Shown in pieces: positions 1 through 8,463 of a stretch of 64,000 nt of DNA (its first letter is position 1; each line of letters starts with the position of its first letter). The DNA comes from an uncultured Paraprevotella sp. (GTDB taxonomy: Bacteria; Bacteroidota; Bacteroidia; Bacteroidales; Bacteroidaceae): contig CAZGSE010000010.1 of NCBI GenBank assembly GCA_964528135.1, forward strand, positions 108 through 64,107, given 5' to 3'. The translations under genes and the position numbers were made by a program. The notes beneath the pieces were generated by a model. It worked only from the letters and a program-made list of their open reading frames with translations, ran no database searches and was not told the origin of the DNA.

Positions 1-4
1 AAAT

Positions 5-1600
5 ATGCCGACCACAAAGACCTTGCGCCCCTGCCGCGAGGAAAGCGTGGACTTCGACCATACGCAGAATCTGTATATCGAGGGTGACAACCTTGATGTA
101 CTGAAAGTGATCCGTGAAACTTATCTTGGCAAAGTCAAGATGATTTATATCGACCCGCCTTACAACACAGGGAATGACTTTGTTTACAAAGACGATTTCT
201 CGCAAAATGCTGACGAATATAAGAAAAACAGCGGCCAATATGATGAGGAAGGCAACCGCTTGGTTCCGAACCCGGAGTCAAACGGACGCTTCCATACGGA
301 CTGGCTGAATATGATTTATCCACGTCTGAAAGTGGCGAAAGACTTGCTTTCTAATGATGGATATATTTGCATATCAATAGATGATAATGAAAATGAGAAC
401 TTGAAAAAGGTTTGTAATGAAATTTTCGGAGAAACAAATTTTGTTAGTCAATTTATTGTAATACGTTCAGAAGGAGGAGGCTTGGCTAAACGTGCTGTAA
501 TAGGACATGATTATCTTTTGGTGTATTCAAAAAATATAAATCTTGCAAAGCCTTTAGGAAGGCCTAAAGACATAAGGGGTAAGGTGGAAATAAAAAATGG
601 TGAAGAATTTTGGGTTGAAACTGATTGGTTTAGGGAAGTTTTCGGAAAATATGGTACGTGCCATTATGAAGATATATTGAAATTTTACGATGAAAAGAAA
701 AAAACCGAAATTGATTTAGGCCTAAATAAAGGTATATATGTTCTTATTCCACACAAAGGAAAACACATTATTGGGCGATATAGGAAAGTTGCAGATGATA
801 CTTCAAAATTCTACACAATAGTTAAACATCTTAATAAGAATGGTGTAAAAGATTTGGCTTTATTGAAGTTAGATAAATATTTTGATTATCCCAAACCAGT
901 TTCTTTAGTAGCAGATTTTATTATGGGTTCAACAATTTTATCAAAGCGAAATGACGATATCATCCTCGACTTCTTCTCCGGTTCCGCCACAACCGCCCAT
1001 GCCGTAATGCAACTCAACGCCGAGGATGGCGGCAACCGCAAGTTCATCATGGTGCAGTTGCCAGAAAAGACCGGTGAGAAGAGCGAAGCCTGCAAGGCAG
1101 GCTACAAGAACATCTGCGAGATAGGCAAGGAACGCATCCGTCGCGCCGGGAAGAAAATCAAAGAAGAGAACGCAGACAAGGACGGTATCGACAAACTGGA
1201 CATAGGTTTCCGCGTGCTGAAGCTCGACAGCAGCAATATGGAAGACGTGTATTATTCTCCCCAGGAGTTTGACCAAGGTAAGCTGTTTGCCGACAACGTG
1301 AAGTACGGCCGCACGGCGGAAGACCTGCTCTTCCAGGTGATGCTCGACCTTGGCGTGGAGCTTTCCGCCACCATCGAGCAACGGCTGATAGACAGCAAAC
1401 AAGTGTTCTTCGTGAACGGCAACTACCTCGTGGCCAGCTTTGACGACAACATCACAGATAGCACCATCACGGCGGTAGCCAAGATGAAACCGATGTACTT
1501 CGTGATGCGCGACAGCTCGCTCGCCTCCGACAACGTGGCCGACAACTTCGACCAGCTGTTCAACATGTACAGTAAGGACACGATAAGGAAAATAATTTAA
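5..1600 (+). CDS. mod: Type III restriction-modification DNA methyltransferase (Mod), probably 5'-truncated by the window edge
   Basis: NLYIEGDNLDVLK, YIDPPYNTG (motif IV) and LDFFSGSATT (motif I); directly upstream of res; frame is open to the window start. Confidence 0.95.
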   Translation: MPTTKTLRPCREESVDFDHTQNLYIEGDNLDVLKVIRETYLGKVKMIYIDPPYNTGNDFVYKDDFSQNADEYKKNSGQYDEEGNRLVPNPESNGRFHTDWLNMIYPRLKVAKDLLSNDGYICISIDDNENENLKKVCNEIFGETNFVSQFIVIRSEGGGLAKRAVIGHDYLLVYSKNINLAKPLGRPKDIRGKVEIKNGEEFWVETDWFREVFGKYGTCHYEDILKFYDEKKKTEIDLGLNKGIYVLIPHKGKHIIGRYRKVADDTSKFYTIVKHLNKNGVKDLALLKLDKYFDYPKPVSLVADFIMGSTILSKRNDDIILDFFSGSATTAHAVMQLNAEDGGNRKFIMVQLPEKTGEKSEACKAGYKNICEIGKERIRRAGKKIKEENADKDGIDKLDIGFRVLKLDSSNMEDVYYSPQEFDQGKLFADNVKYGRTAEDLLFQVMLDLGVELSATIEQRLIDSKQVFFVNGNYLVASFDDNITDSTITAVAKMKPMYFVMRDSSLASDNVADNFDQLFNMYSKDTIRKII

Positions 1601-1782
1601 TTAATCCATATCCATACGCCTTTATGAAATAAAAAACGCATTTTTGCAGAAACGGAACAATCATACAAGATGGCTGACAAGAAGAAAAGCCAGAATACTG
1701 TTCAGACTTTCAAAAGGCGTTATGGGTAAAATGTATGTAACCGAAGTGCCCCAATGGGCACGCAACATATTACCCGGTAACA

Positions 1783-4700
1783 ATGAAATTCAAATTTAAG
1801 ATACAGCCATACCAGACAGAAGCTGTAGAAAACACCGCCGCCGTGTTTGCCGGCCAGCCGTCGCACGACCCTGCGGTTTACCGCCGTGACATGGGGAGCG
1901 GGAAACTGAAGTATGAGGAAACGGGCTACCGCAATGCGGAAGTGGAACTGGACGCAAGGCAGTTGTTGGAAAACATCCGCAAGGTGCAGCGCGGGAGCGA
2001 CATCCCGCTGTCGGACAAGTTGGCGGCGACCGACGGACTGGGCGCGTGCAGCCTCGACATCGAGATGGAAACGGGCACGGGCAAGACCTACGTCTATATC
2101 AAGACCATGTTCGAACTGAACAAACGCTACGGGTGGAGCAAGTTCATCGTGGTGGTGCCGAGCATAGCCATACGCGAGGGCGTGGCGAAGAGCTTCGCCA
2201 TGCTGGAAGACCATTTCATGGAACATTACGGACGGAAAGCCCGTCACTTCATTTACGACAGCAGCAACCTGGACAGATTAGACGGCTTTTCGAGTGACGG
2301 CGGCATCAACGTGATGATCATCAACACGCAGGCTTTTCCCGCCTCGCTGAAAGAGGACGGGCGGAGCAAGGAGAGCCGCAAAATCTATGATGAACAAGAA
2401 GACTTCGGCAGCCGGCGGCCCATAGACGTGATAGCCGCCAACCGTCCGATTGTCATCATGGACGAACCGCAGAAGATGGAGGGCGGTGCCACGCAGGCGG
2501 GACTGAAACGGTTCAATCCGCTGTTCGTGCTGAACTATTCCGCCACGCACAAGACGAGGCACAACACGGTGTATGCCCTCGACGCACTGGATGCTTACCA
2601 AAAGAAACTGGTGAAACGCATTCAGGTGAAAGGCTTTGAACTGAGAAACCTGCAAGGCACGGACACCTATCTCTACATCGACAGCATCGTCCAGTCGGGA
2701 AATAAGCCGTGGATGGTCTGGATAGAACTGGAGGTGAAGCGAGGCGGCGGCATAAGACGTGAATCGAGGAAGTTGGGCCAATCTGACGACTTGTTTGTCG
2801 AGTCCGGCCTGAACCAATACAAAGGTTATGTGGTTTCAGACATCAACCCGTACAACAACACCGTGACTTTCCACAACGGCGTGACGCTGCGCAAAGGAGA
2901 CGTGGCGGGCGATGTGAGCGAACAGGCCCTGCAACGGGTGCAGATACGCGAGACCATCCGCTCGCACTTCGAGAAAGAGCGGGCACTGTTTGAGAAAGGT
3001 ATCAAGACGCTCTCGCTGTTCTTTATAGACGAGGTGGCGAAATACAAAAGTTATGACGGACAGGGCAAAGAAGTGAAAGGCGAGTTCCAGCACATCTTCG
3101 AGGAGGAATACACCAACCTGCTGAACGAAAACCTCTCCCTGTTCGAAGATGACTATCAGGCCTACCTGCGCCGTTTCCCTGTCAGTAAAATCCACAACGG
3201 CTATTTCTCCATCGACAAGAAGAGCGGGCGCGCCATTGACAGCAAACCGGGGAGAAAGAGCGACCTGTCGGATGACATCTCCGCCTACGACCTGATACTG
3301 AAGGACAAGGAGCGGCTGCTGAGTTTCGACGAACCGACGCGCTTCATCTTTTCGCACTCCGCGTTGCGTGAGGGCTGGGACAACCCTAACGTGTTCCAAA
3401 TCTGCACGCTGCGCCACAGCAATTCGGAAGTGAACAAGCGGCAGGAGGTGGGGCGCGGACTGCGCCTGTGCGTGGACAAGGACGGCAACCGCATGGACTA
3501 CGAAACGCTGGGTGACGGCGTGCACGACATCAACAAGCTGACCGTCATTGCCAACGAGAGTTACAGCACCTTTGTGGACGACCTGCAAAAGAAAACCCGC
3601 GAGTCGTTGCGCGAGCGTCCGAGGCTGGCCACAGCTGGATACTTTAAGGATAAGACATTGTTTCTTGCGGACGGCACGAAGCACACCCTCACGGATATGG
3701 AAGCCGTGTCCATCCAAGGCTACCTTTACGATAACGGATACATTGACGAAAAAGGCGCAGTGACCCGCCGCTACAAGGACGACTTGCAGGAAAACCGCCT
3801 GGCGGCCTTGCCGCGCAAACTGGAGCCGATGGCGCAAGGCATCCATGCGCTCGTGCAGAGCACGTATGATGAGAACATCCCAATAGAGAATGGCAACAAG
3901 ACGCAGACACCCGAAAACAAGCTGAACGGGAACTTTGCAAAGAAAGAGTTCCAGGAGTTGTGGCGCAGCATCAACCACAAGTACGTCTATACCGTGCATT
4001 ACGACAGCAACGAACTGATCAGTAAAGCCATTGCCGCCATCGACAGGGAACTGCATGTGACGGAACTGAAATACATCATGACCGAAGGGATGCAGCAGGC
4101 CGCCGACCAATTCGGCGACACGCGCACCACGACCAAACGGATAGGCACGGTAAGCACCTCGACCGTGAAGTACGACCTTGTGGGCGAGATAGCCAGGGGC
4201 GCAACGCTGACCCGCCGCACGGCGGTGGCCATCCTGAAAGGCATCCGTCCGGCCAAATTCTACATGTTCCGCAACAACCCCGAAGAGTTCATCCGCAAGA
4301 CCATCCGCATCATCAAGGAACAAAAGGCCACCATGATTGTGGAACACATCAGTTACAACAAGACAGAGGAGACATACGACAACACCATCTTCACAAAGGG
4401 GGAACACACGCAGCCGTTTGAAAAAGCCTACCGGGCAAAGAGGCACATCATGGACTACCTGTTCCCCGACAGCAAGGGCGAGAGGGATTTTGCCGGAAGG
4501 CTCGACGGGGCGAAAGAGGTGTGCGTCTATGCCAAGCTGCCCCGTGCATTCCAAATCCCGACGCCTGTCGGCAACTATTCGCCCGACTGGGCCATCGTTT
4601 TCAACCAAGGCGCGGTGAAGCACATCTTCTTCATAGCCGAGACCAAAGGTTCGATGGGGTCGATGGAACTGCGCGGCGTGGAAAGGGACAAGATTGAGTG

Positions 4701-4800
4701 CGCCAAAAAGTTGTTCAACAATGTTTCAACCAGCCATGTGCGTTACCATGAAGTGACGGGCTATGATCATTTGCTGGACGTGATGGAGGATATAGATTGA
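1783..4800 (+). CDS. res: Type III restriction endonuclease (Res)
   Basis: DIEMETGTGKTY (Walker A), IMDEPQ (Walker B), SALREGWDNPNVFQIC, C-terminal SPDW...IAETK nuclease motif. Confidence 0.95.
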   Translation: MKFKFKIQPYQTEAVENTAAVFAGQPSHDPAVYRRDMGSGKLKYEETGYRNAEVELDARQLLENIRKVQRGSDIPLSDKLAATDGLGACSLDIEMETGTGKTYVYIKTMFELNKRYGWSKFIVVVPSIAIREGVAKSFAMLEDHFMEHYGRKARHFIYDSSNLDRLDGFSSDGGINVMIINTQAFPASLKEDGRSKESRKIYDEQEDFGSRRPIDVIAANRPIVIMDEPQKMEGGATQAGLKRFNPLFVLNYSATHKTRHNTVYALDALDAYQKKLVKRIQVKGFELRNLQGTDTYLYIDSIVQSGNKPWMVWIELEVKRGGGIRRESRKLGQSDDLFVESGLNQYKGYVVSDINPYNNTVTFHNGVTLRKGDVAGDVSEQALQRVQIRETIRSHFEKERALFEKGIKTLSLFFIDEVAKYKSYDGQGKEVKGEFQHIFEEEYTNLLNENLSLFEDDYQAYLRRFPVSKIHNGYFSIDKKSGRAIDSKPGRKSDLSDDISAYDLILKDKERLLSFDEPTRFIFSHSALREGWDNPNVFQICTLRHSNSEVNKRQEVGRGLRLCVDKDGNRMDYETLGDGVHDINKLTVIANESYSTFVDDLQKKTRESLRERPRLATAGYFKDKTLFLADGTKHTLTDMEAVSIQGYLYDNGYIDEKGAVTRRYKDDLQENRLAALPRKLEPMAQGIHALVQSTYDENIPIENGNKTQTPENKLNGNFAKKEFQELWRSINHKYVYTVHYDSNELISKAIAAIDRELHVTELKYIMTEGMQQAADQFGDTRTTTKRIGTVSTSTVKYDLVGEIARGATLTRRTAVAILKGIRPAKFYMFRNNPEEFIRKTIRIIKEQKATMIVEHISYNKTEETYDNTIFTKGEHTQPFEKAYRAKRHIMDYLFPDSKGERDFAGRLDGAKEVCVYAKLPRAFQIPTPVGNYSPDWAIVFNQGAVKHIFFIAETKGSMGSMELRGVERDKIECAKKLFNNVSTSHVRYHEVTGYDHLLDVMEDID

Positions 4801-4899
4801 TTTGGCAGACGGGGATGGGGTGCGTCGGATCTCAGTCCCCGGAAGCCGGTGAATCATTAAAAAACGGTAAGAGAAGTGGCGATGTAGTTTTTTTTATCG

Positions 4900-4907
4900 T
4901 ATTTTTG
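4900..4907 (+). promoter_or_regulatory. Bacteroidetes -7 promoter element (TATTTTTG) for the HD gene
   Basis: Matches TAnnTTTG 26 nt upstream of ATG 4934. Confidence 0.55.
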
Positions 4908-4933
4908 TGCCCGTAATCCGAGTGAAGACAAAG

Positions 4934-5485
4934 ATGGATGCAATCGCCCTGATAGACAAGTATTATGCCGAGACTCCCCGGCTGCGGGAGATCTTGTGGG
5001 AACACAGCCGCAAGGTGGCCGACCGATGCCTGAAGATAGCCGGACTACATCCGGAACTCAACATAGATACGGCTTTCGTGGAAGAAGCCGCGTTGGTGCA
5101 CGACATCGGCGTCCTGCGCACCGATGCTCCGGGGATTCTTTGTTTTGGCGATGCGCCTTATATCTGCCACGGTTATATCGGGGCGGAGATGATGCGGCGG
5201 GAGGGCTTCCCGCGCCATGCCAGGGTGTGCGAACGGCATACCGGCGCAGGGCTTTCGCGGGCGGAGATCATGGCAAAAGGCCTGCCCATCCCCGTGCAGG
5301 ATTATTTCCCCGAAACGCTGGAAGAACAACTGGTGTGTTATGCCGACACGTTCTATTCCAAGTCGCATCCGGACAGGGTACGGACGCCGGAACAGGCTTT
5401 GGCGAGCGTGGTTCGGTATGGCGGGGACGGTGCGGCGCGTTTCCGCCGGTGGATGGAGATTTTCGCGGAAAATATCGGGCGTTAA
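4934..5485 (+). CDS. HD-domain (HDIG-type) metal-dependent phosphohydrolase
   Basis: HSRKVA...AALVHDIG...CERHTG...YADTFY; start set at MDAIALIDKY. Confidence 0.85.
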   Translation: MDAIALIDKYYAETPRLREILWEHSRKVADRCLKIAGLHPELNIDTAFVEEAALVHDIGVLRTDAPGILCFGDAPYICHGYIGAEMMRREGFPRHARVCERHTGAGLSRAEIMAKGLPIPVQDYFPETLEEQLVCYADTFYSKSHPDRVRTPEQALASVVRYGGDGAARFRRWMEIFAENIGR

Positions 5486-5497
5486 GTGGATTTTATG

Positions 5498-5505
5498 TAA
5501 TTTTG
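5498..5505 (+). promoter_or_regulatory. -7 promoter element (TAATTTTG) for lptD
   Basis: TAnnTTTG match upstream of TTG 5543. Confidence 0.6.
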
Positions 5506-5542
5506 CGGTTGTTTACGGACTAAAGAATAAGACAGACTTCGG

Positions 5543-8398
5543 TTGAAAACAAAGATAGCGATATTCCTTTTGGTTGGCAGTTCGGTTTGTGTGCTTGCGC
5601 AGGGCGGGCGGGACGGAAGTTTTCCCGTTCCACCGGTTGATTCCGTTTCTGTCGTTGCACAGGATAGTGTTCCGCCGCAGGACGTACCGGCAGCAGAACC
5701 GGCCGTCGCGGCCGACAGCACTTCCGGGGAGGAGGCTTTCGCGGCGGCCGTTGCCGACAGTGCCATAATAACCGACAGCATCATGGTGGCCGACAGTGTC
5801 ATGGCGGCAGACAGCCTGCCGGCGGATTCCGTGGCAAAGGACACCGCCAAGGTGAGCAAGTCCGTGCTGGACCAGCCCGTGGAATATACGGCTTCAGACT
5901 CCGTGACGTTCGAGGCCGGTTTGGGGAATGCCAACCTGTATGGCAACAGTAAGGTGAACTACATGAACCTTGAGTTGCAGGCCGACTGGATAACGATGAA
6001 CCTGGACAGCAGCATCGTGCATGCCGTGGGGCGTCCCGATTCTACGGGAAAGGTGCAGAACCTGCCCGTATTCAAACAGGGCAGTGACCAGTATGAACCG
6101 GAACACATCAGTTACAACTTCAAGACCCGCAAGGCTTTTATCGACAATGTCTATACCCAGCAGGGCAACGGTTACCTCATCAGCGAGGAATCCAAGCGGG
6201 ATGCGGAAGGGGTGATGTTCTTCCGTCATGGCAAGTACACGACATGTGACGCCAAGCACCCCCATTTCTACATGGCGCTGACCCGCGGGAAGGTGCGTCC
6301 GGGAAAGGACGTGGTGTTCGGGCCGGCCTACCTCGTGGTGGAGGATGTGCCTTTGCCGCTGGCCATTCCTTATGGCTTCTTCCCTTTCAGCAAGAAATAT
6401 TCTTCGGGGTTCATTATGCCGACAATCGGTGACGAGAGCGTGCGCGGGTTCTATTTGCGCGACGGCGGCTATTACTTTGCCATCAGCGACTACATAGACC
6501 TGAAGCTCATCGGCGAAATCTATACCAAGGGCTCGTGGGGGCTGAGCACGCAGTCGAACTACACCAAGCGTTACCGCTTTTCCGGCAACTTCTATTTGAG
6601 TTATCAGAATACGGTGGAGGGTGAGAAGAACATGCCCGACTATTCCAAGTCCACCAGTTTCAAGATCCAGTGGACCCACCGCCAGGATGCCAAGGCCAAC
6701 CCCACGCAGAGTTTTTCGGCCAGCGTCAACTTCGCGACGTCGAACTATGAGCAAAACAACCTGGTGAGCATGTACAACCCGCAGAACTATACGCAGAGCA
6801 CGCGTACGTCCAGCGTGGCCTACTCCAAGTCCTTTGAAAGCATCGGGCTGACACTCTCCAGTTCTTTCAACCTGTCGCAGAGCACGCGCGACTCTTCGCT
6901 GTCCATGACCTTGCCGAGCCTTGACATCACGCTGGCCCGCTTCTATCCGTTCAAGCGCAAGAAGGCCGCCGGCAAGGAGCGTTGGTATGAAAAGATTGCG
7001 ATGAGCTACACGGGAAGCCTGAGCAACAGCATTGACACGAAAGAAAACCTGCTGTTCAAGTCGAACCTGATCAAGGACTGGCGTAACGGCATGCGCCATA
7101 GTATTCCCATCAGTGCCACTTTCTCCCTGTTCAATTACATCAACATCACCCCCCAATTCAACTTCATCGACCGCATGTACACCCACAAAGTGATGCGCCA
7201 TTGGGATGAAAAGCAACAGGTCGAGGTGAACGATACGGTATGGGGATTCCAGAACGTGTACAGCTATGACATGAGCGTGTCGGCCACCACGAAGCTCTAC
7301 GGTTTCTATACGCCTTTGATCGGAAAGAAAATTCAGACCATACGTCATGTCTTTACGCCGACCGTTAGCTTCAGTTATGCGCCCGACTTCGGTGCGAGCC
7401 GCTATGGTTATTATGCCACTTATGTGAAGACGGACGAGGACGGCAACGTTTCCACGGTGAGTTATTCGCCCTTTTCGGGAAGCCTCTACGGTGTGCCGAG
7501 CGAGGGCAAGACGGGAAGCATCACCATGGATGTTTCCAACAATATTGAGATGAAAGTGCGCACCAGGAACGACTCGCTGAAGAAAGTAAGCCTGATAGAC
7601 GAATTGGGGGCCAGCCTGAGCTACAATATGGCTGCGAGCCGCCAGCCTTGGAGCGACCTGACCATGCGGGTGCGCATCAAGACGCCGTGGAACTATACGT
7701 TCAGTATGAATGCCGTCTTTGCCACTTATGCCTATGAGTTTAACGAGAGTGGAAACGTGTACGTGGGCAACCGTACAGAGTGGTCCTATGGACGTTTCGG
7801 CCGCTTCCAAGGTATGTCGCAAAACCTGTCCTATACGTTCAATAACAGTACGTTCAGGAAACTCTTCGGTTGGGGAAAGGCTAATATCGAGGAGGTGGAG
7901 CATATAGACAATGACATGGAAGACGTGGGCGACACGAACGTGGATCCGGAACTCAAGAAGGCGGAGCAGGAAGGTGCGAAAAAAGAATCGGGGAAAGCCG
8001 AGGTGGACGAAGACGGCTATCTGAAGTTCCAGCTGCCTTGGTCGTTTACCGTTTCTTACGGCATCAGCATGTCTGAGAACACAAGCGCGCAAATCCGGGT
8101 AAAACGTATGCGTTATCCTTACCGGCTGACCCACACGCTGAACTTTTCCGGCAACATCCGTATTTCGGACGGTTGGAACCTGACCTATTCTTCCGGTTAC
8201 GACTTCAACTATCACAGCCTGTCCATGACAACAGCTTCCATCTCGCGCGACCTGCACTGCTGCTCCATGTCGGCCAGTGTGGTGTTGAGCCCTTATACTT
8301 CTTACAACTTCACTTTCTCGGCTGATGCTTCCGAACTGGCCGATGTGTTAAAATGGAAGAAACAGAGCAGTTATAGCTCAAATATCGAGTGGTATTGA
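5543..8398 (+). CDS. lptD: Bacteroidetes LptD-like LPS-assembly outer membrane protein
   Basis: Signal peptide, beta-jellyroll-like N region (YTASDSVTF...GKYTTCD), VPLPLAIPYGFFP, long aromatic beta-strand-rich C region ending in WY. Confidence 0.75.
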   Translation: MKTKIAIFLLVGSSVCVLAQGGRDGSFPVPPVDSVSVVAQDSVPPQDVPAAEPAVAADSTSGEEAFAAAVADSAIITDSIMVADSVMAADSLPADSVAKDTAKVSKSVLDQPVEYTASDSVTFEAGLGNANLYGNSKVNYMNLELQADWITMNLDSSIVHAVGRPDSTGKVQNLPVFKQGSDQYEPEHISYNFKTRKAFIDNVYTQQGNGYLISEESKRDAEGVMFFRHGKYTTCDAKHPHFYMALTRGKVRPGKDVVFGPAYLVVEDVPLPLAIPYGFFPFSKKYSSGFIMPTIGDESVRGFYLRDGGYYFAISDYIDLKLIGEIYTKGSWGLSTQSNYTKRYRFSGNFYLSYQNTVEGEKNMPDYSKSTSFKIQWTHRQDAKANPTQSFSASVNFATSNYEQNNLVSMYNPQNYTQSTRTSSVAYSKSFESIGLTLSSSFNLSQSTRDSSLSMTLPSLDITLARFYPFKRKKAAGKERWYEKIAMSYTGSLSNSIDTKENLLFKSNLIKDWRNGMRHSIPISATFSLFNYINITPQFNFIDRMYTHKVMRHWDEKQQVEVNDTVWGFQNVYSYDMSVSATTKLYGFYTPLIGKKIQTIRHVFTPTVSFSYAPDFGASRYGYYATYVKTDEDGNVSTVSYSPFSGSLYGVPSEGKTGSITMDVSNNIEMKVRTRNDSLKKVSLIDELGASLSYNMAASRQPWSDLTMRVRIKTPWNYTFSMNAVFATYAYEFNESGNVYVGNRTEWSYGRFGRFQGMSQNLSYTFNNSTFRKLFGWGKANIEEVEHIDNDMEDVGDTNVDPELKKAEQEGAKKESGKAEVDEDGYLKFQLPWSFTVSYGISMSENTSAQIRVKRMRYPYRLTHTLNFSGNIRISDGWNLTYSSGYDFNYHSLSMTTASISRDLHCCSMSASVVLSPYTSYNFTFSADASELADVLKWKKQSSYSSNIEWY

Positions 8399-8463
8399 TT
8401 ACGTATAACGCGTCGTTTGTTCGTATATATTATTGTATAGACGAATCATTAAGACCAAATACG

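Noticed and set aside
1-345. Phase-variable simple sequence repeat in mod
   Set aside because: No SSR tract is visible; the true 5' end, where such tracts usually lie, is outside the window
1670-1729. 19-codon ORF (MADKKKSQNTVQTFKRRYG) between mod and res
   Set aside because: Too short to support; could be a remnant of an inserted gene but shows no recognisable motif
2836-8257. Long antisense ORFs (e.g. 2836-4623, 5894-8257; likewise 36973-38559, 54692-57106)
   Set aside because: Shadow frames of GC-rich, codon-biased genes; no recognisable motifs and fully overlapping well-supported CDSs
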